A DNA stretch of 53,939 bases. It comes from an archaeon (GTDB lineage: Archaea; Nanobdellota; Nanobdellia; Woesearchaeales; GCA-2686295). The DNA is taken from contig JBDRGV010000027.1 in NCBI GenBank assembly GCA_043817405.1, positions 1 through 53,939 of the forward strand, in the 5' to 3' direction. A model generated the notes under the pieces. It was not told the origin of the DNA, made no database searches, and saw only the letters and a list, made by a program, of their open reading frames with translations. Every line of letters begins with the position of its first letter. Position 1 is the stretch's first letter. A program made the position numbers and the translations under genes. This document shows, piece after piece, positions 20,937-31,176 of the stretch.

Positions 20937-22013
20937 ATGAATGTTGACGAAAGACTAAAACTCATTGAAAGTGTTGGTGAAGAAATAATCCAATCTGACG
21001 AGCTAAAAGAGTTATTACAGAAAAAGAAAAACTTTGTGGCCTATGATGGCTTTGAACCTTCTGGAACACCACACATAGCTCAAGGCATTCTACGTGCCAT
21101 TAACATTAACAAGTTGACCACTGCAGGAGCAAAATTTAAGATGCTAGTGGCTGATTGGCATGGTTGGGCTAATAATAAGATGGGTGGTGACCTTGATAAA
21201 ATTCAAAAAGTCGGAAAATACATGATTGAAATATGGAAAGCCTGCGGCATGGATTTAAAAAACGTTGAATTTGTATGGGCCAATGACTTGGCCAATGATT
21301 CTGAGTACTGGAAAAAAGTAATGGAAATTGCCAGACAATCCACTGTTAACAGAATAGTGAGATGCGGCCAGATTATGGGTCGGAAAGAAGGTGAAGTAAT
21401 GCAGGCTTCACAAATATTGTATCCTTGCATGCAAGCAGCAGATATTTTTCATTTGAAAGCAGATGTTTGCCAGTTAGGAATGGATCAAAGAAAAGTTAAT
21501 GTTCTAGCCAGAGAAGTCGGTCCAAAACTTGGCTATGGTAAACCAATAATTGTAAGTCACCACATGTTGATGGGTTTAGGTCAGCCGGTTAGTGATTCAA
21601 AAGATGCTACGGATAGAGCAATTGATATGAAGATGAGCAAGTCAAAACCCGACTCAGCGATTTTCATGACTGATTCAACAGATGATATTAAGAGAAAAAT
21701 AAACAAGGCCTACTGTCCTGAAAAACAAGTTTTTGAAAACCCTGTTTTAGAATATGCAAAATACTTAGTTTTTGAAAAGTTTGACTCTTTAAAAATTGAA
21801 AGACCTGAAAAGTTCGGCGGCAACGTAGTTTTCAAGAGTTATTCTGAATTAGAAAAAGCGTTTGTCAAAGGAAACCTGCACCCAATGGACCTAAAGAACG
21901 TAGTTGCTAAAAGCATTGACGCGATGATTGAACCTGTTAGAAAACATTTTGAAATCAATGCAGCCGCTAAAAAGCTGAAGAAAGAAGTAGAAAGTTATAC
22001 AATTACAAGATAA
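20937..22013 (+). CDS. tyrS: tyrosine--tRNA ligase
   Basis: YDGFEPSG, HIAQ, YPCMQAAD, GMDQRK and KMSKS motifs. Confidence 0.97.
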   Translation: MNVDERLKLIESVGEEIIQSDELKELLQKKKNFVAYDGFEPSGTPHIAQGILRAININKLTTAGAKFKMLVADWHGWANNKMGGDLDKIQKVGKYMIEIWKACGMDLKNVEFVWANDLANDSEYWKKVMEIARQSTVNRIVRCGQIMGRKEGEVMQASQILYPCMQAADIFHLKADVCQLGMDQRKVNVLAREVGPKLGYGKPIIVSHHMLMGLGQPVSDSKDATDRAIDMKMSKSKPDSAIFMTDSTDDIKRKINKAYCPEKQVFENPVLEYAKYLVFEKFDSLKIERPEKFGGNVVFKSYSELEKAFVKGNLHPMDLKNVVAKSIDAMIEPVRKHFEINAAAKKLKKEVESYTITR

Positions 22014-22370
22014 TTATTTGTTTATTCTTTTACCGTTAACAACTTTTATGTCTTCGTAATATATTTTCATATCTACAGGATTGGTTGACGAAGGAACTTC
22101 GTTCCAAAAAGCAGGATTAAAAATGTAGGTCATTTCTTTTTCCATGTTTGGTTCTAAAAGATTTTTTATTTTATCAATATCCTGATTTGCATATGCAATC
22201 TTACCATTAGATCCAAGAATATAGATATTATCTTCATTATAAGAAATGCCTGCTAAGTTTATAGTATATTCTGTTGGCATTGGTTTGTCTTTTAAATCCT
22301 GTGCTAAGACAACAGTTGTTAATAGTGCTGTGATTCCAACATATTTCATTATTTTTTTAGTTAAGCTCAT
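22014..22370 (-). CDS. hypothetical secreted protein
   Basis: Signal-peptide-like N-terminus. Confidence 0.65.
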   Translation of the reverse strand: MSLTKKIMKYVGITALLTTVVLAQDLKDKPMPTEYTINLAGISYNEDNIYILGSNGKIAYANQDIDKIKNLLEPNMEKEMTYIFNPAFWNEVPSSTNPVDMKIYYEDIKVVNGKRINK

Positions 22371-22450
22371 ATTGAATTTTGGGAATAAAAATATCTTTTT
22401 AAAGGTTTAGTCGAAACATTTAAATTTCTAAAAGCATGACTCTTTCTTTG

Positions 22451-23287
22451 ATGGCAGAGAATAAGCACAATTTAAGAGAGCAAATCCAATTCTATTTAAT
22501 CGATTGTAAAACTTGGCCTGGTAAATTTGTAGATGTGTTTATAGTCATACTAAACCTGCTTATATGCTCTATATTTGTTATAGAAACGTATCATCCTGCC
22601 TCAGAGTCCATACATAGTGTCTTGTGGAAACTCGAAGTAATAACTGTCTTTTTCTTTATCATAGAGTATCTGGCAAGGCTTTATGGAGCCAGAAACAGGA
22701 TAAAGCACATATTCAATATCTACAGCATTATCGACCTGATAGCCATACTTCCAACGCTATTGATATTGTTATTTCCGACAGTGGTATTCAACATTGCATT
22801 CTTCAAGATACTTAGAGTATTCAGAGTTTTGAGGATATTCAGATTCCTAAGATTCACAGCAGATCCATATTTCTTCTTCGGAAACATCACTATGCATCTG
22901 CTGAAAGTCGTGAGGTTGCTGTTGACTATCCTAATGATATTCTTCGTGTCATCAGGATTTTTCTGGGGAGTCGAACATACTATCAATCCAAATATTGAGA
23001 ACTTCGGAGACGCATTTTATTTTACAGTCATAACCTTGACGACTGTCGGATTTGGCGACGTCACTCCTATGTCTGACTGGGGCCAGATAGTAACCATCCT
23101 CATGATACTGTCTGGTATCGTATTGATACCCTGGCAAGCCAGCCAGGTCATAAGGGAATGGATGCACATCTCGGCCAAGCAGAAAGCGATTACCTGCAAG
23201 AACTGTGGGCTAAAATATCACGATCCTGACGCTTCTCACTGTAAATCCTGTGGACACGTTATTTATCAGGAGTACGAGGGGAATTAA
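22451..23287 (+). CDS. voltage-gated potassium channel (ion transporter) with C-terminal Zn ribbon
   Basis: S4 RVFRVLRIFRFLR, filter TTVGFGD, CKNC/CKSC; alternative start at 22436. Confidence 0.93.
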   Translation: MAENKHNLREQIQFYLIDCKTWPGKFVDVFIVILNLLICSIFVIETYHPASESIHSVLWKLEVITVFFFIIEYLARLYGARNRIKHIFNIYSIIDLIAILPTLLILLFPTVVFNIAFFKILRVFRVLRIFRFLRFTADPYFFFGNITMHLLKVVRLLLTILMIFFVSSGFFWGVEHTINPNIENFGDAFYFTVITLTTVGFGDVTPMSDWGQIVTILMILSGIVLIPWQASQVIREWMHISAKQKAITCKNCGLKYHDPDASHCKSCGHVIYQEYEGN

Positions 23288-23589
23288 TGCCCACGGCTTT
23301 TGAAGAAAAAGTTTATTCTAAGTTAAGAAAAGTTCCTAAAGGCAAGGTTACAACCTATAAAGAACTGGCTAAAGCTGTTAATAGCAAGGGTTACAGAGCT
23401 GTTGGTCAAGCAATGAACAAAAATTCCTATGCGCCCCAGGTTCCTTGTCATAGAGTTGTTGCTAGCGACGGTGGAATTGGTGGTTTTGCAACAGGAACTA
23501 AGAAAAAGATTGCGATTCTGAAAAAGGAAGGTGTTTTCGTTAAGAAAGATAAAATTGTTGACTTTGAAAAAAGGTTATTCAGATTCTAG
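23287..23589 (+). CDS. MGMT family methylated-DNA--protein-cysteine methyltransferase (single domain)
   Basis: VPKGKVTTY, RAVG and PCHRV active-site motifs. Confidence 0.92.
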   Translation: MPTAFEEKVYSKLRKVPKGKVTTYKELAKAVNSKGYRAVGQAMNKNSYAPQVPCHRVVASDGGIGGFATGTKKKIAILKKEGVFVKKDKIVDFEKRLFRF

Positions 23590-24038
23590 AATTCTTTATC
23601 AACTTCTTTAAAGTATTCCTTAACTCTTCCAATTATAGAATTCAAATAGTATTTTTCTAGATTTTCTTCAAACAATGGAAGAAGCTTAGAGTTTTCTTTT
23701 ATTCTATAGTTATTAGCTAGTTTTTCAACGATAAATAAATCTCTTAACCTAAGAAGTTGTCGTCTGATGTTTGAAGGAGCTATTCCTAGCAATGGCTGGT
23801 TATGTTTCTTTCTGTTTGCTATTGTCAATTCTTCAACTTCTTTGCTGCTTACTTCTTTCTTGGCTTCCAGCATCACCTGCAACACATCCACCACCACGTC
23901 TCGAGAATCCCCTGGCTGCAATAATCCTAATGAGAGACATAGTTTCCTAACAAGGTCTCGTCCTTTTAATCCAACAGGAGACTCATACTTTCTAAGAGTT
24001 ACTTCTGCCAGTGGACTGTCAATCGAGACCTTTGCCAT
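23586..24038 (-). CDS. conserved hypothetical winged-helix protein
   Basis: LRKYE.P, SLGLLQPGDSRD and SNIRRQLLRL. Confidence 0.8.
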   Translation of the reverse strand: MAKVSIDSPLAEVTLRKYESPVGLKGRDLVRKLCLSLGLLQPGDSRDVVVDVLQVMLEAKKEVSSKEVEELTIANRKKHNQPLLGIAPSNIRRQLLRLRDLFIVEKLANNYRIKENSKLLPLFEENLEKYYLNSIIGRVKEYFKEVDKEF

Positions 24039-24136
24039 AATGTTTTTAGAATTAATTACTATATATAATTTATGTTTACAATGTTTAGTTTTAGAAATTT
24101 ATTTAAACTATTTGAACTTACTAAATCAGAACAAAG

Positions 24137-24583
24137 ATGAAAACTATTTGGAAGTGGGTTATAGGTGGACTAATTGTGGCCACGCCATTAACTTATATTA
24201 TTGCTCAGGAAGACCAAAAAGAAAAGAAACCTTTAACTTATGAATTAACTGCTGATGATTATAAATATATGAATAAACAATTCAGAGAACCATTTGCAAA
24301 AAGTGCATCCTTATTATTATATTTGAATGATAAGAAATTTGAACAAGCAGAAAGTAAGCTTGAATTCACAATAGACCTTCTTGGTCAAGCTGATTATTGG
24401 AGTGAAGGATTAGAGTTTATCTTTGAAGAACCAAATATGACTTCAGAACAAATAAAAAAAATTGTTGGACAATATGCTTTAGATTATTACTATCAACATA
24501 AAGATTCTAAGTTTATAAAAAAAATTGGAGAAGGAGTTAAAGAACTTGACAATATTGATATAAAGATTGATTATAAAAATTAA
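24137..24583 (+). CDS. hypothetical secreted/anchored protein
   Basis: N-terminal hydrophobic helix; TATA upstream. Confidence 0.65.
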   Translation: MKTIWKWVIGGLIVATPLTYIIAQEDQKEKKPLTYELTADDYKYMNKQFREPFAKSASLLLYLNDKKFEQAESKLEFTIDLLGQADYWSEGLEFIFEEPNMTSEQIKKIVGQYALDYYYQHKDSKFIKKIGEGVKELDNIDIKIDYKN

Positions 24584-24678
24584 TTTATACAATAAAAAAT
24601 TCTTTGAAATGGAGTTTAGAATTCTTATTATTTAACGTTCCAAACCCTTCTTCATTAAGATTTGACTTTCAAAAATGG

Positions 24679-25650
24679 TTATAAAGTTTTATCTTTAGGC
24701 TTATCACCATACAAATCCATGAAACGATTGAGGAATTGAACTATCTCAATTCTAGTTGAACATTCTTTTCCAACAAAACTACTTGGGTTTATCTCTCCAA
24801 TGTTACTTTCAAAATCTTTGTCCAAATGATTTGTTATGTTGGCGGGTTTACCGAGTAGAGCTTCACTGAGTTCTTTATCCAAACTCTGAAGAATGTAATT
24901 TGAGTCATCATTGCTGAAATCATGCTTTGTGTTTTGGGCAATTATCCTATGGCTTTTTAGCGGATCAAATTCGTCTGCTATGCTTATGTATATATTGAAA
25001 TCATTCCATTTATAAGATTTGGTATCTGAATTTCCAAGCTTCATTTTTTTGTAATCTTCATGATTAGCAGCTTTTCTTTTTAAATTAAAATCCTTGTATA
25101 AGAGGTCATTGGTTCTATCAATAGTTCTGTCTGGAACAGGATAGTAATCAGCAGTTTTACTTGCGATCTCAAAATCATATTTTATGAAATCCTGAATGGA
25201 AAACTCTATCCCTCCACCATTCTGAATATTCAGCCTATCTTTTGAAAGACCGTATCCGTAGCTAACATTTATGATTGAAGAATCATAGATTGTGTGTGTA
25301 AACTCCTCTCCTGAACAGATATTATCAAGAACTATGTTGTGTTTCATTTCATTTCTTTGTCTAGGAAAATCTGTTTTATACCAATCTTCAACTTTTTTTG
25401 TTGTCAGAAAAAGCTCTTTTGCTCTAATCATTTGATACTGTATTCCGCGACCAAGAAGGTCTGGCTGACTGTGCCTGTGTATTACGGTGGCGTTATGAAA
25501 TGCCATTCCTTCTCCAGATCCTTCAAGTAATTCTTTTAGCAGCAGAGTTTGATCTTTCTTTGATATTCTTGACTTTCTATCTTCTAAATCAAATCCTTTG
25601 TCTTTGATTATCCATTGAGTTAAATATTTGTTAGATCTTGTATCAGTCAT
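24679..25650 (-). CDS. hypothetical protein
   Basis: 323-aa ORF with GGTGA SD, no recognised motif. Confidence 0.75.
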   Translation of the reverse strand: MTDTRSNKYLTQWIIKDKGFDLEDRKSRISKKDQTLLLKELLEGSGEGMAFHNATVIHRHSQPDLLGRGIQYQMIRAKELFLTTKKVEDWYKTDFPRQRNEMKHNIVLDNICSGEEFTHTIYDSSIINVSYGYGLSKDRLNIQNGGGIEFSIQDFIKYDFEIASKTADYYPVPDRTIDRTNDLLYKDFNLKRKAANHEDYKKMKLGNSDTKSYKWNDFNIYISIADEFDPLKSHRIIAQNTKHDFSNDDSNYILQSLDKELSEALLGKPANITNHLDKDFESNIGEINPSSFVGKECSTRIEIVQFLNRFMDLYGDKPKDKTL

Positions 25651-25701
25651 TTCTTATCACCATTCCAAAGGAAATAAAGTTTTACATATTAAGATTCACT
25701 C

Positions 25702-25713
25702 TCCAGTACTGGA
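25702..25713. promoter_or_regulatory. Perfect 12-bp palindrome TCCAGTACTGGA, candidate operator
   Basis: Directly upstream of the BRE/TATA of the TrmB-family gene, between divergent genes. Confidence 0.45.
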
Positions 25714-25746
25714 AAGTTTTTTATACTAGAAAGCCTTTCTTACATC

Positions 25747-26472
25747 ATGGATTTGTCAATACTAGAAGATTTAGGATTATCAAACGCAGAAGCAAAGGTT
25801 TACATTGCTTTACTAGAATCAGGATCTTCGAAGACAGGTAACATAATAAAAAAAGCAAAGCTTCAAAGCAGCACAGTATATTTCATTCTAGGATCATTAA
25901 TAGAAAAAGGACTTGTAACATACTCTTTACAAGGAAAAGTGAAGCATTTCCAAGCAGCAAGCCCTGACAACATAATATCATTTCTAGACAATAAAAAGAA
26001 GAGATTTCAAGAAATTCTACCAGATTTAAAGCAAAAAGAAGTTTTCGGAAAGAAAAAGAACGCTGCCAAGGTCTACGAAGGAATGAAGGGAATGGAAGCT
26101 GCTTTTAATGATATTTTAGAGTCAATGAAAAAAGGCGAAGAATATTATTTTTTCCAAATCGCCAATAAAAATCTACAAGAAAAAAGAATTGCAAGGTTTT
26201 TTAGAACATATCATTTAAAGAGAAGTGAAAAAGGAATAAAGGTTAAAGGTCTGGCGATGGTTGATGCAAAAAAACCAATGGAAGCAATTTTCAAAGGTAT
26301 AAAACATACAAAAATAAAATATGTTGGAGAATTCACACCCACCGGACTTGGAATCTACAAAGACAAAGTAATAACCATGGATTGGGATGAGTTGACAGCA
26401 ATAGTCATGCAAAGTAAATCAATAGCTAACTCTTATAAAAAATTCTTTGAAGATAAATGGAATAAATCATAG
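25747..26472 (+). CDS. TrmB family transcriptional regulator
   Basis: LGLSNAEAKVYIALL...STVY..L.SLIEKGLV. Confidence 0.92.
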   Translation: MDLSILEDLGLSNAEAKVYIALLESGSSKTGNIIKKAKLQSSTVYFILGSLIEKGLVTYSLQGKVKHFQAASPDNIISFLDNKKKRFQEILPDLKQKEVFGKKKNAAKVYEGMKGMEAAFNDILESMKKGEEYYFFQIANKNLQEKRIARFFRTYHLKRSEKGIKVKGLAMVDAKKPMEAIFKGIKHTKIKYVGEFTPTGLGIYKDKVITMDWDELTAIVMQSKSIANSYKKFFEDKWNKS

Positions 26473-26506
26473 TAATTTATTTAAACTTCAAACAATTCCT
26501 ACTATC

Positions 26507-27319
26507 ATGGGGATTGGCAAACTAGAAATAATTCTTAGTGTAATAATGGGCAGTTCTGCAGTAGCTTATGCTCAGACAACCACTGATACTGAGAAAGTTC
26601 AAGACGACCCTGCGAAAACTGAGCAAGTTGTTGAAACAAAAGTAGAAGACGCAGCAGAATCTTCCATAGTAAATTATACTCTTTCTGGAAAACTTTTTCG
26701 TATGACTGAAGAACATCTTCGAGCAATTCAGAGTAGTTATGATTTGAATAAAGAATTAAATGTGACTCTCAGAAAGTTTTTGATTGTTCATAAATATACA
26801 ATTGCAAATAATGACAAAGAAGGCAATCCAATGGTTGACATGAAGGATTTATTGAGAAACAAAACTAACATATACCAACCAATTCTAGTAAACCAATTGA
26901 CTAACTCCTTTTGTGATGTTGACTGTGCAGAAAGCATAATCGCATTAAATGGTTTGGCAGTTGTAGACGGAATGCCAACTAAAGAATACACTCAAGAACA
27001 TCATAATTTATTAGTTGAAACTGGAACTTTGAATCACTTGAATAATAACTGGAATTTATTATTTAATATGGATGATGAAAAATATTTCTTTGATGAAATA
27101 AAAAAAGGCAGACTTTATGCAAATGAATTGGACAATTTCCTGTGGACAGATAGTCTTTACGGAATGCATATGTTGACATTAGATCCTGAAATTAGAAGGC
27201 CAGCATCTGAAGCGGTTTCAATTTATGCTAATTGGCGACATTTCAGAAATCTGCCCGAAGAAGATAAGATTTTAGATTATAATCTAATGCCAAATTATCA
27301 TTTGAAGCCAAAACCTTAA
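26507..27319 (+). CDS. hypothetical secreted protein
   Basis: Signal peptide ending AYA-Q followed by an acidic linker; start set at MGIGK. Confidence 0.7.
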   Translation: MGIGKLEIILSVIMGSSAVAYAQTTTDTEKVQDDPAKTEQVVETKVEDAAESSIVNYTLSGKLFRMTEEHLRAIQSSYDLNKELNVTLRKFLIVHKYTIANNDKEGNPMVDMKDLLRNKTNIYQPILVNQLTNSFCDVDCAESIIALNGLAVVDGMPTKEYTQEHHNLLVETGTLNHLNNNWNLLFNMDDEKYFFDEIKKGRLYANELDNFLWTDSLYGMHMLTLDPEIRRPASEAVSIYANWRHFRNLPEEDKILDYNLMPNYHLKPKP

Positions 27320-27326
27320 ATTCTTA

Positions 27327-28454
27327 TTACATTTCTTTTAGAATTGCAGAGTAACCTATCGAAACAACTGCTGCAACTACAAATAACCAGTTTAAATTCA
27401 GAAGTATCATGGCAACTATCAGCATAATTGCTCTTCCAATCAGTAAATTTATCTCTCTAAAAGAAAAATAATCTATAGGATCTTTTAAATTCCTGGCTTT
27501 TTTATAAACATGTTTTCCAAATGAAAGGTCAATTGCAGTATAAGAAATATCATTTAAAAAGTTCACTACAAAAACTCCTATTGGCGTTAATAAAAATAGT
27601 CTGATTATCCATAAAGGGGAAAATACAACTAATCCTGCTTTCAAAGTTCTTTTGGGGTCTTCATCAGCTTTTTTACCGATATAAATAGTGGCAATCATTG
27701 TTATCACAGATGTTGCTGAAAATATTATTCCCATTAGCACAATATCTTTAAGCGCTAAGTAGACAAAAACCGGCCAAAATATCATTGAGAATATAAGCCT
27801 TGCACCATCAACTTGATAAGCAAATGCTTCTCTTTTAGGACCTGAATTTATTATTCCTTTGATAGACATTTTAGTATAGTTCGCCTTGAAGTCCTTTGAA
27901 GCAAACAATGAGAATATCGATAAAAACATTATAGCTGCAGCTGTTATGAAAAGTGTGTTAAAAGAAGCGTATTTTATTATTAGTGAACCTAAAAACGGAC
28001 CTATAATACCACCTAGTATCATCAATATTTTCAAAATGGAGAGTCCACCTGCTTCTTTTGTTTTAATGGCAGATCTTGTGTATTCAAGATGATAACCAGA
28101 CCAATAAACTGCTTCACTAAAACCTGCCATGAATGGAAGGATGTAAAAAGCAAAACCTGTAATCGACCAAAGATTTAGAAAATATAGATAACCAACATTT
28201 AGCAAACTTCCAAGAATCATTGTTTTCCTAACACCAATATAACAATTTAATTTGAGCATGAAAGGTATAAACACTCCTGCTGTTCCCAACATTATAAGAT
28301 AAAATATTGCTATATCAAAAATTCCATAACCAGCCTGTATTAAATATACTGGAATGAACAATCCTACAAGTGCAAAAGAAATCGTTCTTAGGAAAAAAGA
28401 TAAATATAACTCGTTCAATCGTTTGTTGCTAAAGACTTCTTTTAAATTTTCCAT
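27327..28454 (-). CDS. MFS-type transporter
   Basis: About 11-12 TM helices; IGPFLGS and IGKKADE motifs. Confidence 0.85.
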   Translation of the reverse strand: MENLKEVFSNKRLNELYLSFFLRTISFALVGLFIPVYLIQAGYGIFDIAIFYLIMLGTAGVFIPFMLKLNCYIGVRKTMILGSLLNVGYLYFLNLWSITGFAFYILPFMAGFSEAVYWSGYHLEYTRSAIKTKEAGGLSILKILMILGGIIGPFLGSLIIKYASFNTLFITAAAIMFLSIFSLFASKDFKANYTKMSIKGIINSGPKREAFAYQVDGARLIFSMIFWPVFVYLALKDIVLMGIIFSATSVITMIATIYIGKKADEDPKRTLKAGLVVFSPLWIIRLFLLTPIGVFVVNFLNDISYTAIDLSFGKHVYKKARNLKDPIDYFSFREINLLIGRAIMLIVAMILLNLNWLFVVAAVVSIGYSAILKEM

Positions 28455-28463
28455 TTCAAAACC

Positions 28464-29369
28464 TTAAATTCTCGTCGCGTAGTAAGGACCGTACAGATTT
28501 CCAGTCATTTTTACAAAGCTCATCAGATTATATACTATATAGAGTTCTTCTCTCTTTGATGTTTTCATTAGCTCGTTTGCTTTCTTTGATAATTCTTTTT
28601 TCTTTTTTTGGAACTCGCTTGCTTTGTCTTTGTCGAATTTATAAAATAGTTTATGGAACAATGAAAAGAATTCATTTGCTTCATTATATAATTCGATTAG
28701 TTCTTTACTTAGATTAAAACCATTTTCAATCACATATGAAGATATTTTTTCATAGTAATCCGCTATTTTCTCTAAATCCCTAATAATCACATAGTAGAAC
28801 TGTGTTTTTTTAGAGTCTTTGTAACCTCGTTTATTCAATACTCTCTTACAAAAATCTGTAAATTTGTCGACGCTGTTCTCCAGCGGTAGGACTACTTTTA
28901 GTTTTCCTTTATTGTTTTCTTTTATTGCTTCCAGGCTGCTTCGCCCCATTTCTTCAATAATATGGAATGTTCTTCGAAGTATATTCTCAAACTCTTCTTC
29001 TAGCTCAATTGAAATGTTTTTTATTTCAACATAATTCTGTCCTTGGTCTATTATTTCATAGCCCATTAAATCAGGTAGTTTCTCTTGTATTGCAGTAAAT
29101 ACACTCTGGTCGTCGTAGTTGATTCTTATTTCGTCGATTCCTGCTTGGTACAGATATGCTATGTACAGTGGGTCGTATTTTCCTAACTCTGCTGTGTTTA
29201 GAACTATTTTTTCTCTTTCTTTTAATTTCTCGGTGCTTATGACTAGGCTTTTTTCTTCTTCGTCGACAATTAGCTCATCTCCTTTTACTATGTTGTTTTT
29301 CTTAGCCCATTTACTTGGTAGTGAGACAACCAGTGTTTTTCCTGCCAGTTGTATTGCTTTTCTAATCAT
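28464..29369 (-). CDS. phosphate uptake regulator (AbrB/MazE N-terminal domain + PhoU)
   Basis: TLVVSLPSKWAKK...KGDEL; DLEKIAD. Confidence 0.9.
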   Translation of the reverse strand: MIRKAIQLAGKTLVVSLPSKWAKKNNIVKGDELIVDEEEKSLVISTEKLKEREKIVLNTAELGKYDPLYIAYLYQAGIDEIRINYDDQSVFTAIQEKLPDLMGYEIIDQGQNYVEIKNISIELEEEFENILRRTFHIIEEMGRSSLEAIKENNKGKLKVVLPLENSVDKFTDFCKRVLNKRGYKDSKKTQFYYVIIRDLEKIADYYEKISSYVIENGFNLSKELIELYNEANEFFSLFHKLFYKFDKDKASEFQKKKKELSKKANELMKTSKREELYIVYNLMSFVKMTGNLYGPYYATRI

Positions 29370-29519
29370 AGCATTATATAGAATTTAATCCTATTTAAAC
29401 ATTTCTATTATTATATAATTATATAGTGTTATATAAGTTATATCGAAAAAGTATATATCTTTTTATCCGGTAATACACATTGTTTTTCCGAAACACTCGA
29501 AAAAACGAAGGTGAATAAA

Positions 29520-29972
29520 ATGGACAAAAAAGATATTGTTTTTTTAACACATTTAAGAAATAACGCACGAGAAACACTAACAATGATAAGTAAAAAAACA
29601 AGAATACCAATATCAACATTGTACGACAGACTAAAAACGCATGAAAACGACGTAATAACAAAACATACAACACTAATAGACTTCGCAAAACTAGGATTTC
29701 TATGTAAAGCAAACATAACAATAAAAGTGGACATAGAAGACAGAGACGCAGTAAAAAACTACTTAACATGTCAAAACAGCGTAAACTCATTGTTCAAAAT
29801 CAACAACGGCTACGACTTTCTGATAGAAGGAGTATTCAAACATGTAAAAGAAATGGAAGACTTCATGGAACTACTGGAAAGAAAGTTCAAAGTACTAGAA
29901 AAAAACGTTTATTATATCATAGAAGACATCAAAAGAGAAAGCTTCATGTCAGAACCGATAATGATAGAGTAA
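29520..29972 (+). CDS. Lrp/AsnC family regulator
   Basis: LRNNARETL...IPISTLYDRLK HTH; GGTGA SD. Confidence 0.92.
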   Translation: MDKKDIVFLTHLRNNARETLTMISKKTRIPISTLYDRLKTHENDVITKHTTLIDFAKLGFLCKANITIKVDIEDRDAVKNYLTCQNSVNSLFKINNGYDFLIEGVFKHVKEMEDFMELLERKFKVLEKNVYYIIEDIKRESFMSEPIMIE

Positions 29973-29991
29973 AATCTAGTATGAAAAAATA

Positions 29992-30048
29992 TGGCCTTCA
30001 CGTAAATTTGGGGATCATTGGGGGTGATGCAAAACACGGTGAAGGCCA
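29992..30048 (-). other. Stem-loop with C-rich loop between convergent lrp and ftsZ (terminator or sRNA)
   Basis: 10-bp inverted repeat TGGCCTTCAC/GTGAAGGCCA followed by a T-run on the minus strand. Confidence 0.5.
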
Positions 30049-30099
30049 AGAAAGAAGCTTGAACCTTATTGATTTTAAAAAAAAAATTATAGTAAGGTT

Positions 30100-31176
30100 C
30101 TACCTTACTATTTCGATTCCTAACTCTTCAGACATTGCTTTTTGTTGAGCAACTCTCTGTTTGTTAGATATCTTTCCGAGTATCCATGGGCTGTTAACAC
30201 CTGTTATGATTGTCATAACTGTCATCTTGCCTTTCATGTTTTCTGACACTCTGGCACCCCAGATGACGTTTGCGTCATCGTCCATGCTCTCTGTAACTAA
30301 TTCTCCAACTCTACTGATGTCATCCAGAGTCATATCTGGTCCACCTGTTATGTGGATGATGGCTCCTGTTGCTCCTTCGTAGCTGATGTCTAATAATGGG
30401 TTGCTTAGAGCTCCTTTAACTGCTTCCTCTACCTTGTTGTTAGTGTCACTTGCTCCAACTCCGATTGCCGCAACCCCTCCATCAGTCATGATGGTTTTAA
30501 CGTCAGCATAATCCAGGTTTACTAGGGATGGTATTGCTATTGTTTCTACAATTCCCTTGATCATTGTTGCGATTAGCTCGTTGGCCACCGCAAAAGCCTG
30601 TTGTACTGGCAAATTTCCTGCAATTTGTACCAGTCTATTGTTGTCAATTACAATTACTGTATCTGATTGTTGTCTTAGTTGTTGAAGTCCAAACTCTGCT
30701 TTGTCAACTCTGGCTCTTTCAATATTGAAAGGCATTGTTACTGTTCCGATTACTATTGCCCCTGCGTCTTTGGCAACACCTGCAATTATTGGTGATGCTC
30801 CGGTTCCTGTTCCGCCACCCATGCCCGCACAAACGAACACCATGTCGGATTTCTTCAAAGAATCTTTTATTTCTTGCATGCTTTCTTGCGCAGCCTCAGC
30901 ACCTCTTTCTGGGAATCCACCGCAACCTAGTCCTTTGGTTACATCTCTCCCTAGAAGAAACTTTCTGTCTGCCTCTATGATATTAAGATGTTGTTGGTCT
31001 GTATTACAACCTATAATCTCTGCTCCTTGTATTCCTTTTTTGTATAGCCAGTTAACCATATTGTTACCGGCACCACCTACACCAATAACTTTTATATTGG
31101 CTTGGCCCACGTCTATCTCATCCATGCTTGGATATCCATTCTCTTGTTCAACTGCTTTTTTTACAACAAAGTCCAT
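30100..31176 (-). CDS. ftsZ: cell division protein FtsZ
   Basis: GVGGAGNN, GMGGGTGTG and NLDYAD motifs. Confidence 0.98.
   Translation of the reverse strand: MDFVVKKAVEQENGYPSMDEIDVGQANIKVIGVGGAGNNMVNWLYKKGIQGAEIIGCNTDQQHLNIIEADRKFLLGRDVTKGLGCGGFPERGAEAAQESMQEIKDSLKKSDMVFVCAGMGGGTGTGASPIIAGVAKDAGAIVIGTVTMPFNIERARVDKAEFGLQQLRQQSDTVIVIDNNRLVQIAGNLPVQQAFAVANELIATMIKGIVETIAIPSLVNLDYADVKTIMTDGGVAAIGVGASDTNNKVEEAVKGALSNPLLDISYEGATGAIIHITGGPDMTLDDISRVGELVTESMDDDANVIWGARVSENMKGKMTVMTIITGVNSPWILGKISNKQRVAQQKAMSEELGIEIVR

Noticed and set aside
24601-24678. CCATTTTTGAAA (minus strand) matching the 32020 repeat
   Set aside because: A 12-bp AT-rich match is plausible by chance and the context differs.
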